From positions 310,001 through 374,000 of the forward strand of contig CAJFCJ010000022.1 of NCBI GenBank assembly GCA_904063045.1: a stretch of 64,000 nt of DNA, given 5' to 3'. Position numbers and translations under genes: made by a program. Positions 1 through 14,116 of the stretch are shown piece by piece (within the stretch, counting starts at the first letter, position 1; every line of letters begins with the position of its first letter). Under the pieces are notes generated by a model. It saw nothing but the letters and a program-made list of their open reading frames with translations, did no database searches and was not told where the DNA came from. The stretch is from Dimorphilus gyrociliatus. Its lineage: Eukaryota; Animalia; Annelida.

Positions 1-3000
1 GTATTTTGAATAAATAATAGCACTTATCCATTTATACTCTAGATAACGACTTTCTAAATACACGAATTCAATTGAATAGCAATATTATAGATGTAATTGC
101 TTTCTCTAATTTAGAGATACCTTCTTCGTAAACTTTTTTAAATGGATATAAAATTCCATTTGTCTGGACAAACTCATTATTACCCTGGAATAATTCAGAG
201 ATTGTGATACGCATCATATTTACGCTAGACTCACTTTGGACACAAATTTTTATGCTTAGATGATTTTTCTTTTAATTAGGCCTAAATTTTCTATAAGAGA
301 ACATAAGTTACTTACAACAAATTATAGGGAGACTAAATTGGATAGCCTTTTCTTGGTCATGCTATTTTCTTAATACTACTTTACAAGGACGAAATTAAGC
401 GTAGTTTTCTTTCTATCCGTACGTATCTGTATAATGCTCTATCCTTGTGTCTCTCTGTCTCTGTCTCTGTCTCTCTCATACGCCCCCACACCCACATTCA
501 GATTTACATACATATACATATGCATACCCACTTTTTCAACATTGCCTAAATGTATATTTAGCTATCTTTAAAAATTTTCTTAGTCTCTTCTATTTAGAAT
601 TAATTAAAAGAAATACGCGGATGGAAAGCTAATAGGTCTTTTTCTTTTTACTGCAAACTAGAATCATTATAAAAATGACAAAACAAAATAAAAAGAGAAG
701 AAACTTTAGAAAATATTTAGACTAAAAGGTAAAAAATAAATTACTCGTAAATTCGTAAAACGTGGAATGGAATTCAATTTGAATTTTGGTCTCTACAATT
801 TGTTCTGCGCATTTAAACAAAGCGCTTTCCTTATTATACTTTGTTCACCAATAGCCTATAATTTATTAGTCACCACTCAACAAATTCGCAATCTCGTCTC
901 ATAGGTCAAAGCTTCCGTGAAACCTAATACTCTAGAGCATCGGCAACTTTCTCCTCTATAAAAGCCTACATGATTTCTTAGAGTATTATTACCAGTAATC
1001 TTACAAATAAACACTATTTCTCAGTTGTATGTTTTACTTATCGGCCCTTTGACAAAAATTACAACTCATTCTTTAGGCTATAAAAGTCAGTGACAACTCG
1101 GATGTCTCTTTACCATCTCTTTTTATTCACTCTCTCTCTCTCTCTCTTCTTTCCTTTCTCTCTTCCCTATCTCTCCCTATCTCTCCCCTTCATTCTATCG
1201 TTTTTTTCTAATATTTTTTAATATATATTCTTGAATAAAATTTAATTGAATGATAATTAAATCACTATTTCTTTGTAAATAAATCAAGTATAGCTTTTGT
1301 GGTAAGTTATGATTTTCACTAAAAGTTCACTTGTACATGATCCAGTATATCTAAACAATTTTTGTTCTTAATTAATAATCTAAACAAATATAAAGATAAA
1401 AAAAATTAATTAAGATTAATTTACTATCAAGGAAGCTACACGACTATTGCCAAGGTAGAAGCCTATTACCTAGGTACTACTTGTTATTGTGTAAATTTAT
1501 CTACAATCTTCAATATATATTCATGCTAGCATATATATATATATATATGTACAGTATATAAATTTATATATATACTGTATATTCTGTATATACATGAGCG
1601 CATTAATTTACTCAAGATGATAAATATGCTAGATAAATAGTAAATAAGTATTAGTGTATATATAGAAAATACAAATTTATATGTACTGTATATATAGCAC
1701 AGATATAAATATTTATATATATATATATATATATTTGATAAATCTACTGTAAGGGTGCACATCTGTGCATAAGTCTTGTGTATTAAATGTAGAGTAGATA
1801 CGATGACACCTACGCTTGTCTAAAGGGCACCTTGAAGAAAAAAAACAACTTGACAAATGTTCGATTTTTTAATGCTTTTCTTTCTTTTTACATTAAATTT
1901 ATAAAAGTGTAAAATAATTGGGACTTTATTGAAATATAATAGTCAGGTGAAACTTACATTTTTCAGTTTGCTATAGAAGAAGAATGAACGTATTGATAAT
2001 AAAAAAAACGAATAAATCTATTCTTTCAGTGAGAAATTGAAAAAAAATAGTAAGATAGACAACGAATTGAACATCAGATCAGGGATAATCTGTCATCAAT
2101 AAATGTATTAAATGAGTGAATTGTGTAAATTCGTTTGTTAACTCTCTTGAGATCTGTTTTTTTCAGAAAAGTCACTTAAGTAAATAGAATGACAGTTAAC
2201 TGTTTACATTCAACACTGCTGATATCCGACAGATCAATAGCTCTTACTTTTGCTAAGACGGAAAAACCCTTTTTTCTATTGAGTTCGATAGATAAGCAGC
2301 AAAGTGAAAACGAAAGAGTGTGAAAAATTTACGCCAAGTAAGACTGCTTCTCGAAACGGCGAATAGGAATAAAGAAAGAATGGATGTTATACACATGATT
2401 ATTAAAGACATAGAATAGGAAATAAAAGTTAAAAATGAAAACCTATTCATTTAGTTTGATATGTAATTAAAAATAAAGAGATTACGTAATAAAACCATTA
2501 GCTTCAGAGTGAAAAATCTATAATGAAACAGTTTATTTGCTGAGTATAAAAAATATGCTTATAGTGTTATACTGCAGTAGTATATAATGAATTGGATAAA
2601 AACTAAGAAGAATTAATAAAAGTTTGTAGCAATGGTAAACTATGTCAATAAAACCAACTTAAAAAGAAAGGTAGCTAACATTTCCAAGAAAATTTGACTA
2701 TAATTATAATAGCAAATAGTTTGCTTTCTTTTTCCATTTATCAACGATTGTTTATGAATGATATAAATGTTAGACAATAAGAGAAAATAAAAGTAAAAGA
2801 GCGTCTATTCTAGTGTTTTAGCAGAGATTGACAGGTGTACAACTACCTTCCTTAAAATATCTTATTGTCAGTAGACAAATCGTCATATTTCTAGTTGATA
2901 CTTTGGATTCGTTTTACAACTTACAAATAATCTAATGATCCAATCGAGCAACACATACCGAAAAATCAACTTGATATAACATGCTGCATATAACTATTAA

Positions 3001-6000
3001 TATACGTTTCTATCACATCGACTAGAAATTCGGTAAGTTACAAAGAAAGAGAGAAAAGAGGAACAAACAAAATATTTTCTTCCTCTTTTTCATAATTATT
3101 ATGCCAAACAGGCTGATTCTCCTTTGAGAAGTTGAAGAATAAATTTCATTACCATCAGCCTTTCAATCGAGTAATTTTTTCTGTCTCATCTATTAAAGAA
3201 GTTGATAATGGAAAATTTATAATTGTATAGCTGATTCCTTATATATTTTATATCAAGTTAACGATATGTATATGAAATGTATGTATTTTAAATTCAAAAG
3301 GAAATACCTCGCGGAAAAAATTACTTCCTGTCACGAGTTTCACAGGGAAGATGGAGAAAGAATAAAACTACTTCGTAACCTTATAAAGAGATTTAATTGA
3401 ATTTTAGTTAAAGCAAATTAAGTTATTACGACGAGTTAATAATCTTGTCTATTCTAATATCAATAACTTCATCGACGATTTAGATTCTTGTAAAATTAGA
3501 TTGATGTAGAAAAGAATGAGAAAAGAAAAGATGAGTGTATCAAACTATCAAAGTTAAGCAAGATATAACTGTCACTAGCAGTTTGTTTACTAATTTCTCT
3601 TCCCGTCCCTGTTATTGTTGTCCATGTTTCTAGTTCAGTAAGAATTTCATAAGTTCTTCTTATCGACGCCTTTCTCGTTGTGGTTGAGTAAAGAATGAGA
3701 TTTTCTTGAACGCAAAGGCCATTTATAATAAGATGAGAGATGGGAGAGAAGAAGAAGAGGAAAAGTTTTTACTGAAGGATTTTAATAACTAAAGGAGGAG
3801 AATATCTTTGAAAATGAAAGTAATTTCTTCTTATTAGTAGAAATTTTATTATAGAATGTTAACCTTAATGTATTGTGCTTGTTTTGCTTTCATACTAATG
3901 AAATATTATTAAAAAGACAACTTTTATGAAAATTTTCCTCTATTACTTATAGAAAATACGGCGCTGTTTTGAAATTCTATATAACATTGACAATGAAAAC
4001 GCACTAGATATTCATTTAATTTAGATGTATCTGTATAGTACCATTGCTTTACATAGCTAACACCACCTTTACTTTTAATATAGGCGATTATTTGGGATGG
4101 AGATGAGTAAATATTGAAAATAAACTAAACTAGGATTTATATTTAATTTTCATACCTTTGACTAGAAACTATATAGGGAAAAACTAAGAAATCAATTTAC
4201 CCTTTATTTCAATATGTAAGTTTAACTGAGTATAGACAAAATTACTTTATTCTATACTAATATTGATCAATAAATGTGATAATCAACCATTTTCAATTCT
4301 GTTTTATACACTTGATAAAAAAACAAGCCAATATTCATATATGTTGTTTATATTACACTAGAAAATATCTTGTAATATACAGGTTGATATTTCATAAGTA
4401 ATTATTTGATAATTGTACAAAAATAATTGTTTTTTATATAGCATTGGAGAAAGTAGTGCTAAGTTCTTCCTGCTTATGGTTCAATAAGCATCAAATACCC
4501 TATCACCCTCTCTTTATAAAGAGCTCTGCAGATTTTTTATATTTTTTTTTTCTACTCATTATTATCGACTTATCCTCTCTTTTTATTTGTTACGGAAGAA
4601 TGCTCTCCTCCATTTATTATTCGCTTAATAAATAATAATACCAGTAGAACATCATCACTAACAACAGCAACAACAAAGAAACAGCAATAGCGCAAAGTTT
4701 GCAATCATTTTCTAGTATGTTTCATTTAAAAAGGATAACAACATTGAATTATCTTGTTAGAAACTAGCTATCCTAATGATTCTTTGAAATTACTCTTTAC
4801 AACTTTATGTCACTTTGAAGAACTTAAGATAGTCAAAGTTCCACTTTTGCCTTCTGACAATCTACCTTTAAAAGCTACTATTCGTATATTCTTAATAATT
4901 GAATAGAGATGTGTCATTTTAATGAGCTAGGTAACTACTTACCGAACTATAGAGGTATATTAGTCTTACTCGGCAATGTATTTAATGATTAATCAACATT
5001 TTAAATATTAATTCAAGTTAAATAAGATCTATCAGCCCGTTGAAAAGAGGTGCTAGGAAAGAGTTGGCTTGAAAATAAATATTTCGTAACAGTTGAGCTT
5101 TTGGTGGTCTATCAGAAATTTTAGCCAATATGGAACGATAGCTAAAAACCAAAAGGGTAAATGCTCTTCTCAATTCTATCCGAAAACCTTTAAAATAAAA
5201 CCAATAGCATTAAACGAAAAAGGGTAGAGAATCGTTTTAAACCCTCTTTGATTCTTTTCATTCTGTCTTCTCATCCCTTTATGTCTTTCTTTTCTCTCTC
5301 TCTCTCTTTTCTTTTTTTCCGTTGTTTTATATATATATATATAGCCCCTTTATATCCTTTCAATTAATGATACTCCTACTATAGGAGAATATTGCAAATC
5401 GATCAATTCAATTAGCAATTAATCCATCTACTTTTAATAATTTATTGAAATATTTCTCTTAATAGATAAACGATTGTTAATCTATATGGAAAGTATACAT
5501 TTTTCTGTATATATAAGAGCGGCATGAAAGATTGCTGTATTAGAAGAAAACGGCTCTTTTCGCGTAACATTGTCATATTTATCTTCTTACAGTAATTCTT
5601 AAATGATAAATGAAAGGATGAAAGCCTTAGGAGGCCATAAAAGATATATTCCGAAGATGAAATCAAATAGGTTAGACGCGAGTAGAAATAACCTAGATTT
5701 AATTAATATATGATGATGACATAGTCTTCCTCTAACTACGATTAGGCATTATTCAAACTCGGCTGAATTGCACTTTTTGACTAATTGTATTGATCCTCGA
5801 ACTTAATATACACTATATGTATATATATATATATAGAGAGAGAGAGATATATAGATAATTCCGTATTATTTCATATCCAAAAGAACATAAGAACGTATTG
5901 TGTAGCATTAAAAGAAGAATCACAAAAATTTCTACTGAATTATAGATAATTCTTTATAAAAATTCTCTAGTTTCTATCAAGAAAATTTCATTAATCATTG

Positions 6001-9000
6001 AAAATAGATTTAATTGCAAAGTCTTTTGATGTTAGGCTTTAAAATAAAATTTTTTAGTACTTCCATCCTTTTTTTATTATTTTCTCCAATTTCTTTTTTA
6101 TTTGATAATAAACTGAAACCATACCTTCTCCTCTTTTCTAGCAACGAGAGAGAAAGGAAGAGAGAGATATACAAAGTATATATACTGTATATATATATAT
6201 ATATTGTTAGTTTATTTAGTTCAAACCTTTATTAAGTGACCTAATTAAAATTCCTCACAGTTTTACCCTTTTACCTATATTTTTGGAAATGTCTGGTGTT
6301 TCTGTTAGGAGAGTTTGGTAAAAACGTTTAATTTAATTTCTTGCGAAAAACTTCAAGCGCATTAGTGCTATAGTGACTTATTGTATTTATACGAACGTGC
6401 AGAAATTCGTTTATACGAGCTAATTTTATGATTTTAAATGCTTCCAGTGTTTAAAATAGTAACATACTAAAAACATAGTAGAAAAATAATTAATACGCTT
6501 CTTTTTAAAGATGAAAGCAATGACAATGAAAACAAGAAGAAAACTATTAAAATAAGAAGAAAATACCAGAATAAAATGTTGACATTTAAAAGATGAGAAC
6601 TGGACTTATCTTGGAGTTGGATTGTTATTTCATACATGAAAAAATGTATTTATTTGCTAGTATACTTTTCTTATTCAGTATTGAATTAAAAATAGCTTCA
6701 ATAAAAATTTCTACACATTTTCTTTATTGATTCTGCATGACTTGGAGAACACGAGGAAACGATAAAACACCCTGTTATCCTTTTATGCTTTACTTTCCAG
6801 TAACTTATGAAAAGATATGCTAGACATAATTAGGCCGAAGAAAGCCCATCTACTTAAAAATTGATACCTATTTTAAGTTTTCAACTCAGCTGCTGCTTAA
6901 ATAATGATATCTTGATAAAAAATTTTCTTCTGAAATGGAACCATATTAGGTTGTAATTACTAGGACCAGGTAAGAAGGCTGATCCTTTAACAAAGCTTTG
7001 TTCATTTCTCGAATAAATTTCCGCTCTTTTTTTCTCACATGTATTTAATACAATAAACTTTATAGTTATAATAATGATTGTGATACTAATTCTTTTCTAT
7101 TTATCTATTATCTCTCTCTCTCTCTCTCGCTCCCCCTTTACTTCTGTCTACAAATCTGTCTATCTATCTCTCTCTCCTTGTCGTCCTCTAAGAAATTCTA
7201 AGATGTTTTTCTCTTTCGTTTCTATAGCAAAAATCTCTTTTGTTTCTCGGTTAGGAAAGGATTAAGCACTAGTTTTTGTATAAACAGTTACTAATTCATA
7301 TTAGAATTACTGCGTTTCAAACATAAATCGTTACGCAACAATATTAATATTTAAGTTTTGATAATAGGTTACAATTGTATCTGCGATATAAATATATGTA
7401 GATGACGAATAATTTCATGTTAATAAGAAAATCTATCCGTTTACAGAGAATTAATACGCTCTACTTAAACAATAGATATAAAATATAAAGAGAGACAGGG
7501 AAAAAGTTCATTTCGCATTCCGAAATGAAGATTTTCCAATCAACTCATTGAAAAGAAAAGAAAATAGATTGTCCAAAGCGTATTTGTAGATTTTTATTCA
7601 TTATTTTCGTATAAAATAATCAGAGCCGTTAGAACTGAATAGAAATTCAATTTTTTCTCTTTACTATTTTCTATTTGGAATTTGAAATAAAACTTGTATT
7701 TTGACGTTTTACCTTTAGCTGGTTTTTTATCTAATTTTAGCTCTCAGTTTTCTTCTATTTAATTAAAAAAAGTCAGTAAAAAACGCAAAAACAGGCCTAA
7801 TAAATAAATAAAATATACATTTTTTATCTACGTTCCTTCTCGAAGGATTATAGAAAGAGAAACTCTTTCCATTTGGCCTTTAAATTGTTGGAATAAAATA
7901 TTACTAAAACTAAATACTCACCGCTTTACTTCGACGTTGACGAGAAAGTAGCTGGCAGACAAAAGTTTGCCTCTTCGTTTGCAGCTCCATCTGTATTTGG
8001 TGAATATTCATATTCTTTACTTTACATTATTTATATAAACATATACTCAACAATATTGACAAAACTGTATATGTTGTTATTTAAGGAAGATTGCATTCTT
8101 GTGTTTATATATTTATATGTATCATATGTTTGATGAAATGTAAATACACAAAAAAATCTCGCTATACTCAACCACATTCGTCTAAAAGGAAACTAGGAAC
8201 AAAATGATGAAAAAAAATCAAGAAAAGTGACTTATTTAATAAGATTAAATGTAATGAGAAAGCAAAGAATAAGGAAATATGAATTTCATAGTAGATTTAA
8301 GTAGGTTTACATCATAAACTAAGCGGATACGGAAAACAAGTATAAATACTAAACAACAAAATATTTCAATAATTAATAAATTGTTTTATCAATTAGCATA
8401 AATATTAGTCAATTATATAACTTTTCTTTGCTCTATTATATCAAAACGAAGGATACACTTTAAATTGTATCAGCTTTAGGTGTACACTTTATTTTTGTCC
8501 GCCTATTTTCATTCTCTGGTAGGGGTTTATTATTGAATAGTAGTGCTATTTAGAACTATTTTTCTACGTGGTACCAAATAGAAACTGATTCATAGTCTTT
8601 TCGTAATACCGATGCTGTTCGAATATACTATACACAATGTAAAATAAAGAGGAAAGCCACTGCAAAAAATAAAAAAGTAAAACAGCAATATATTGGTATG
8701 TGGGACTCGAAATAATAGATAATTCTTGGCCCTTTCCCCCTTTTTGGCCTAAAATTAACATTATATTTAATTATTTAACTAATATATTTATGAATGACAG
8801 ATTGAATGTTTATAAACAAATATATATTTACTGTATCTATATGTAAATTGATGTTTGATTAGAAGTAAACAAATTAGCTAAAACGTATGGGAAAGATAAA
8901 AACAAAACAGAAGGGAAAGAGAGAAACATCTCCTGATATACTTTTATATTTAAATAATAAGAATTATACAGAAAAGACGAAAGAGTCAAAACTGATTTCT

Positions 9001-12000
9001 TTTATCAAACAAAGAACGATAAACGATAAACTAGAGTGAAGTATTTATAAGAATGCGATTTAATGGCATCTCTCTTTCACTGAAAATTACTCGGAAAAGG
9101 AAAAAAATGATGAGACGTGACTCGGTGGATGAAAGGGCGAAAAAATTACGCGCAATCCACCCCTGTCACGACGTCTATGTATGAGGAAAAATGTAGAATT
9201 AGGCGGTAAATTTAAAAAAAAAAGAACTGAAATATTACCATCTTTTCAGTATAATATTCAATACAATTTTTGAAACACGACTGTCCCTGACAGTCTGATA
9301 ATTTTAGTATAGTTCATCTACAAATCTACAAACTAGATGACTTTATTACAGATACAAAAGGTGGCGCTGAAGAAGCTATTCCATTGTCACGGATTTACTG
9401 GCGCGGATTATAAGATTTTGACAACATTTTGGTCTATTTATGGAATTTATCAAATGACGAAAAACAAATTTATAATAAAGTCTCTATGAAAAGTGCAGTA
9501 TTTAAATGGTTGGCAGAGAAAAAAAGATGAAAGGAAAATGTAGGAGTATATAAATGAATGAGTCTACGTGCATATATATATATATATATATGCAATATAC
9601 ATAAATATATATAAATATAGTAAAAATTTGTGTGCATGTGATCATTTCTATGATTGTAAAATGAAATAATAAAAAGGCTAAAGACGTTTTTTACTGTGAG
9701 TAACAAAAATTGATTATATCATTTTATAAAGGCTAAAAAAGGTTACCTAGATGCTTTTTTTTTCTTCTCTTTTTAATAAAAAAAATGACAAAAATGATAT
9801 TTTTTTTACTATTGAAACTGAATTTTTCTGTTAAAATATGCTAAAAATATATATTGGATTGTTTACTCCTTTTATAAGATAGTTAGACGGTCTATAATGT
9901 AGTTAATTGAGAAATTGAATAGCCTTTTAATGAATACATCTACTACTCCTCGCTATTCAGGCAGATATTACTCTGATCTAGAGAAAAGGTAAAATTATCT
10001 TCTGTACTTTTCTAAATTATTGATTACCCAGTTATTTCAAAAATTGCAGCTATTTTTACATTTCGTGTTTTCTTTGGATCTTATAAAAACTTTTTTGGTG
10101 ATTAGGAGCTTTAGAAGCTACTCACTCCTCTCTTCTAAACAGAAAAAAGGAGGGATTCTGGAAAAAAAATCCTTTCTAACAATATTGAAACAAGTACCAA
10201 AAATTACTGGTTTTCTACTAATGATTTGTGTCCTCGGGCGTTGATGACTCGCGTTACCAAACAATGTATTGCAGTCAAGTATTAACGAGACTGTTTAAAT
10301 AGAATATTTGTTCTTGACTCTCCTTAAGAATATATTAGTTTATTTATAATCCTAGCATTTTTTCCCCTTTCCACAATTCTCCTCTACAATTAACTTACAT
10401 TAAAGAAATGAAAGAGTATCGTTACTTTAAATTTCATAAACAATAACCCAAAAGATTATTTGGATTTTGACGAAACAAACAAACTCTAATTGACTATGCT
10501 TGGCTTATGTTACTTCAACAATATTAAAGTAATAGGGGAAATAGGAGTTACTTTTAAGCCAGGAAGCTTAGGACGCCTTGTAATATTATTAAAAATAATA
10601 ATTTCTACGATGCTTTGTAATAGGAAGCTAAAACGAAAAGGAATTTGTAAGTGTTCAAATAACTTGCATCTTATTTTCTTACTTTACTTATTTCTTATAT
10701 TTCTTTTTATTGAGAAGACTTTTAAACTATTAATAGCTTTCCCTAAATTTTTAGATATTAAATCATTTTTTAATAGAATATTAATTAATTTTATTAACGT
10801 GCTTAGGCGGAAGCGGTAACTCATAAGGAACTGAAAATTTTGCTGTCGGAAGGAGACGTTCGTATCGCATAGGTATAAAGTAAAAACGGAAAAAAAGAGA
10901 AAAGAGCGAAAGAAGAAGAAGAGGAAAATTGACAGACTACAGAGTAAATAAGATGTAATTTCCCGATAAAGGAAAATTCATACTCTACAAGTTTCTTACT
11001 TCTCGCAGAGATAGTGTAAGATTTTTCTCTAAACATAAAAATGAGCTGCCAATTCGTCACGAATGTATGTAATAAATTTCAATCATGCAAATTATAACGT
11101 CATATTATATTTAAATTATTAACAATTAGAATCAGTTTTTTTATTTATTATCAATTTTTAAGATGTACTCTTCAAAAATCTAAATCTCAATTTATTGCAT
11201 CCATAAGACGTAACTCTCTACAAGAAGAGCATTCTTAAATAAATTAAACATGAAGTATATTTCAACGCCATATCATATATATTCAGTATATATACTCTTA
11301 ATAGAGATATACAAATATTCCCTCCATCCTTAAAGGAGAAACAAAGCAAAATTTTAAAAAAAATCTAAATAGGCAGGACCAACGTATTATGTAGTCTTTC
11401 TATTTATTTGTTTACTCATTTATCAATTCGTCCGACCTTCCAATTGTACGCCCCTTCATTCATCCGTAGAAGAACTTTTCATGACTAACATATTTTAAAT
11501 AAATCTCAATATTGATTATATTCTGAAAGCCTAAATGTCATATTGAGTTTTTTCCCTTAATCTTTATAGGACTGCCTTTTAATTTTCTCGACTCGTTATT
11601 CAATTAGAGATCAAAATAATAGCTGCTAACCGTTTCAAGCCGTCAAATCCATTCCCTAAAAGCCTTGTAATGCCCTCTAGTGAAATTTATTGGGCTATAG
11701 GAAAAACTGGAATAAATTATTTAATTCTACTTTGTAGGATCTTCACCCGTTTTATCTACTTCGTGGTCAAAAATTCCTCTGTATTACCCTCTCAAAAACC
11801 GTAATATGCAAAGAATTCTCCTTATCCTCCTTATCTTATTCAACTCGCATTCGATCGTGAATAGATTTAAGCAAACCTTCGGTATTTGTTTCTCATTCAT
11901 CAAATTGTTCAAATATCTTTCAGCCTTTGCTGATTAATTAAAAAAATCTTTCCTTTCTTTTATAAATTCCTTTACACAACTGATGAAGCCAAGATAAACG

Positions 12001-12360
12001 ATCAGATGACTCTGTTTCCACTCAAAGTATTAACGTTTACTAAAGCTTTTCGTATACATCAAGGCTAAGTAATTTCATACACTCGGATAGGCATTGTCAA
12101 CTAGAAGACAGTTTTTTCCACAACGAAGCAGACCGAAAGCTCTTATTTATTTAACTCTGCAACGATTACAACTTGCAATTGCCGATAACAACCAACAATA
12201 AGTATCTTTTCGTCATTCTACATCCCTTTGCTCTCTCTACCTCCCAATTTCTGCTAACCAACACCTTTGCAAGAAAATTGTATAGTGTCTAAAGAACGTA
12301 CGGGTCTATATACACAAAATTACACTCATAGAGTTCATACTCCTATACGATATTACCATT

Positions 12361-12364
<4 letters not shown>

Positions 12365-12395
<31 letters not shown>
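12365..12395. repeat. (TA)n microsatellite
   Basis: Uninterrupted TA run of about 15 units. Confidence 0.95.
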
Positions 12396-12397
<2 letters not shown>

Positions 12398-14116
12398 TCT
12401 TACAGTATATGGCATATGGATTGAGTTTAAACTTTCAAATATCATTCCATCAATAATTTTATGCTAAGCTATACACTAGCACAAAAGTTTTTTGATATTG
12501 TCTACAAGTGGCGCCATCTGTCGTTTTATTTCGTGTTTACTTTTCTATTCTACGCCTATTTTTATTTCTTAAGGAGGAATATAGTTCGAATTGAAAGGAT
12601 TCCGGCTTGTATTCTATTTCGTTAATATTCTTAATTTTGAAAGAATATTATATTTTGCACTGGATTCTACTTGTACTGATTAATTTCAATGCTAAATTTT
12701 AGGTATAGTATAACGTGAACTTTGAAATTCATCTGCTTTTATGACTATTTAATGAAAATATATAATTCGTACACTTAAAGGTTTTCTTTAGTGTTTATAC
12801 TTACTTCAAGCCCGCCCTCCCTCTCTCGCTTCTCTCATACCCCCCCCCCCACCTCCTTTCAACTACCATTCTCTCCTATCCAATCGCAATTTCGTTTCGT
12901 TTTAGGATATTCTCATCAAACTCTTTTCTAATGGGAAATTTAAGATGTTACTTTCTTAATGCCATCTAGTGTACAAATTATAACAATTTGACACTAGTAT
13001 ATGGTTTATGAATGTTTGGATGAAACGAGAAATTGAATTATGTTTGAGTGTATTCGGCAAGTAGCTCTTTTTATCTGACTAGGCCAGAATCATCGGGAGA
13101 CAATCCCGCAAAACTTTTAAGCTCCACTGTAAACTGTAAGGCAAGAATGATGTAATCTTATTCTTTTCTTATATCCGGCTATTTAACGGGAATACATTAA
13201 AGCTTACAAAAACTACTATTTCTCTCTCCTTAACTCGGTATCGATGTCATATAATCAATCATAACTAGGTTAGGGGCTGACAATTGTTCAGCTCATTATT
13301 GACTATACGCGGGCCAGAAGAAAATATATGGCGGATAGAGGGCGGCGTTGTAGTTTTTGTCCGAACAATTCTTTCTCACTCTATCATTTCGTAATTATAC
13401 AGCCTGACGATGTATTAGTGGCGATTTATCAGCGTAGATGAACTATTGTTTATTGAACATTCTAATAAAGAGAACACCACAGATTATGATAGCATATAGA
13501 CAAATACGATAAGTCTTTTATCAATCGGATAAAAATACGAAACTAACAGGTTTTAAAGAAAAAAAAGCAGGTAAGCACGAGAGTAAAAATTTTGTAGGCG
13601 TAATATATACTAATATATATATATATATATACTTAAGATAGTTTATCGTAAAGAATAGGTTAATACTTTCAATTCGACACTTTGGAATTCAAAACATTAG
13701 AATCTGTAGATATATCTGTACAAGTGTATACAAATATATATATAAATATATAGGTATAACCGTAGAGGTAAATATATAGATATAATACTATTTGCATATA
13801 TATCTATGTAAATTTTAGCCAATGCATTAATGAATCTACGTGCAATTGTATAATGTACATTTATATGTATATGTGCCAGCTTATTGTGTCCTACCAGTAA
13901 TTACGTTTATATCAATTACACAATAGACAAGATAAAACATATTTTTTCTATTCAATGTAAAAGATAATCATTTATAGATAAAACAACACTATTTATTATG
14001 CATGTCTTTCAATATATATATAAAGTATATATATATAAAGTATATATATATATATATTTGATAACAAGATATAAAACATATTTACAGTTGAAGAAAATCA
14101 ATCTTGTCGGCCAAGC

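Noticed and set aside
1-268. Possible two minus-strand exons (about 268-121 and 53-1) joined by a 67-nt intron
   Set aside because: Phase-compatible and open to the window edge, but no compatible upstream exon and no recognisable motif; cannot be supported.
9338-9490. 50-aa ORF containing the kinase-like KVALKKL
   Set aside because: No Gly-rich loop, alphaC Glu or HRD/DFG exons nearby.
11806-11937. Signal-peptide-like MQRILLILLILFNSHS
   Set aside because: Arises from a short CTTATCCTC repeat and stops within about 43 aa with no peptide motif.
447-12467. ORF-track ORFs such as 447-632, 1526-1762, 6014-6235, 7074-7265, 9470-9706 and 12267-12467
   Set aside because: Translations of TA/CT microsatellites and AT-rich sequence (IYIYI, SLSLS), mostly with non-ATG starts and no motifs.
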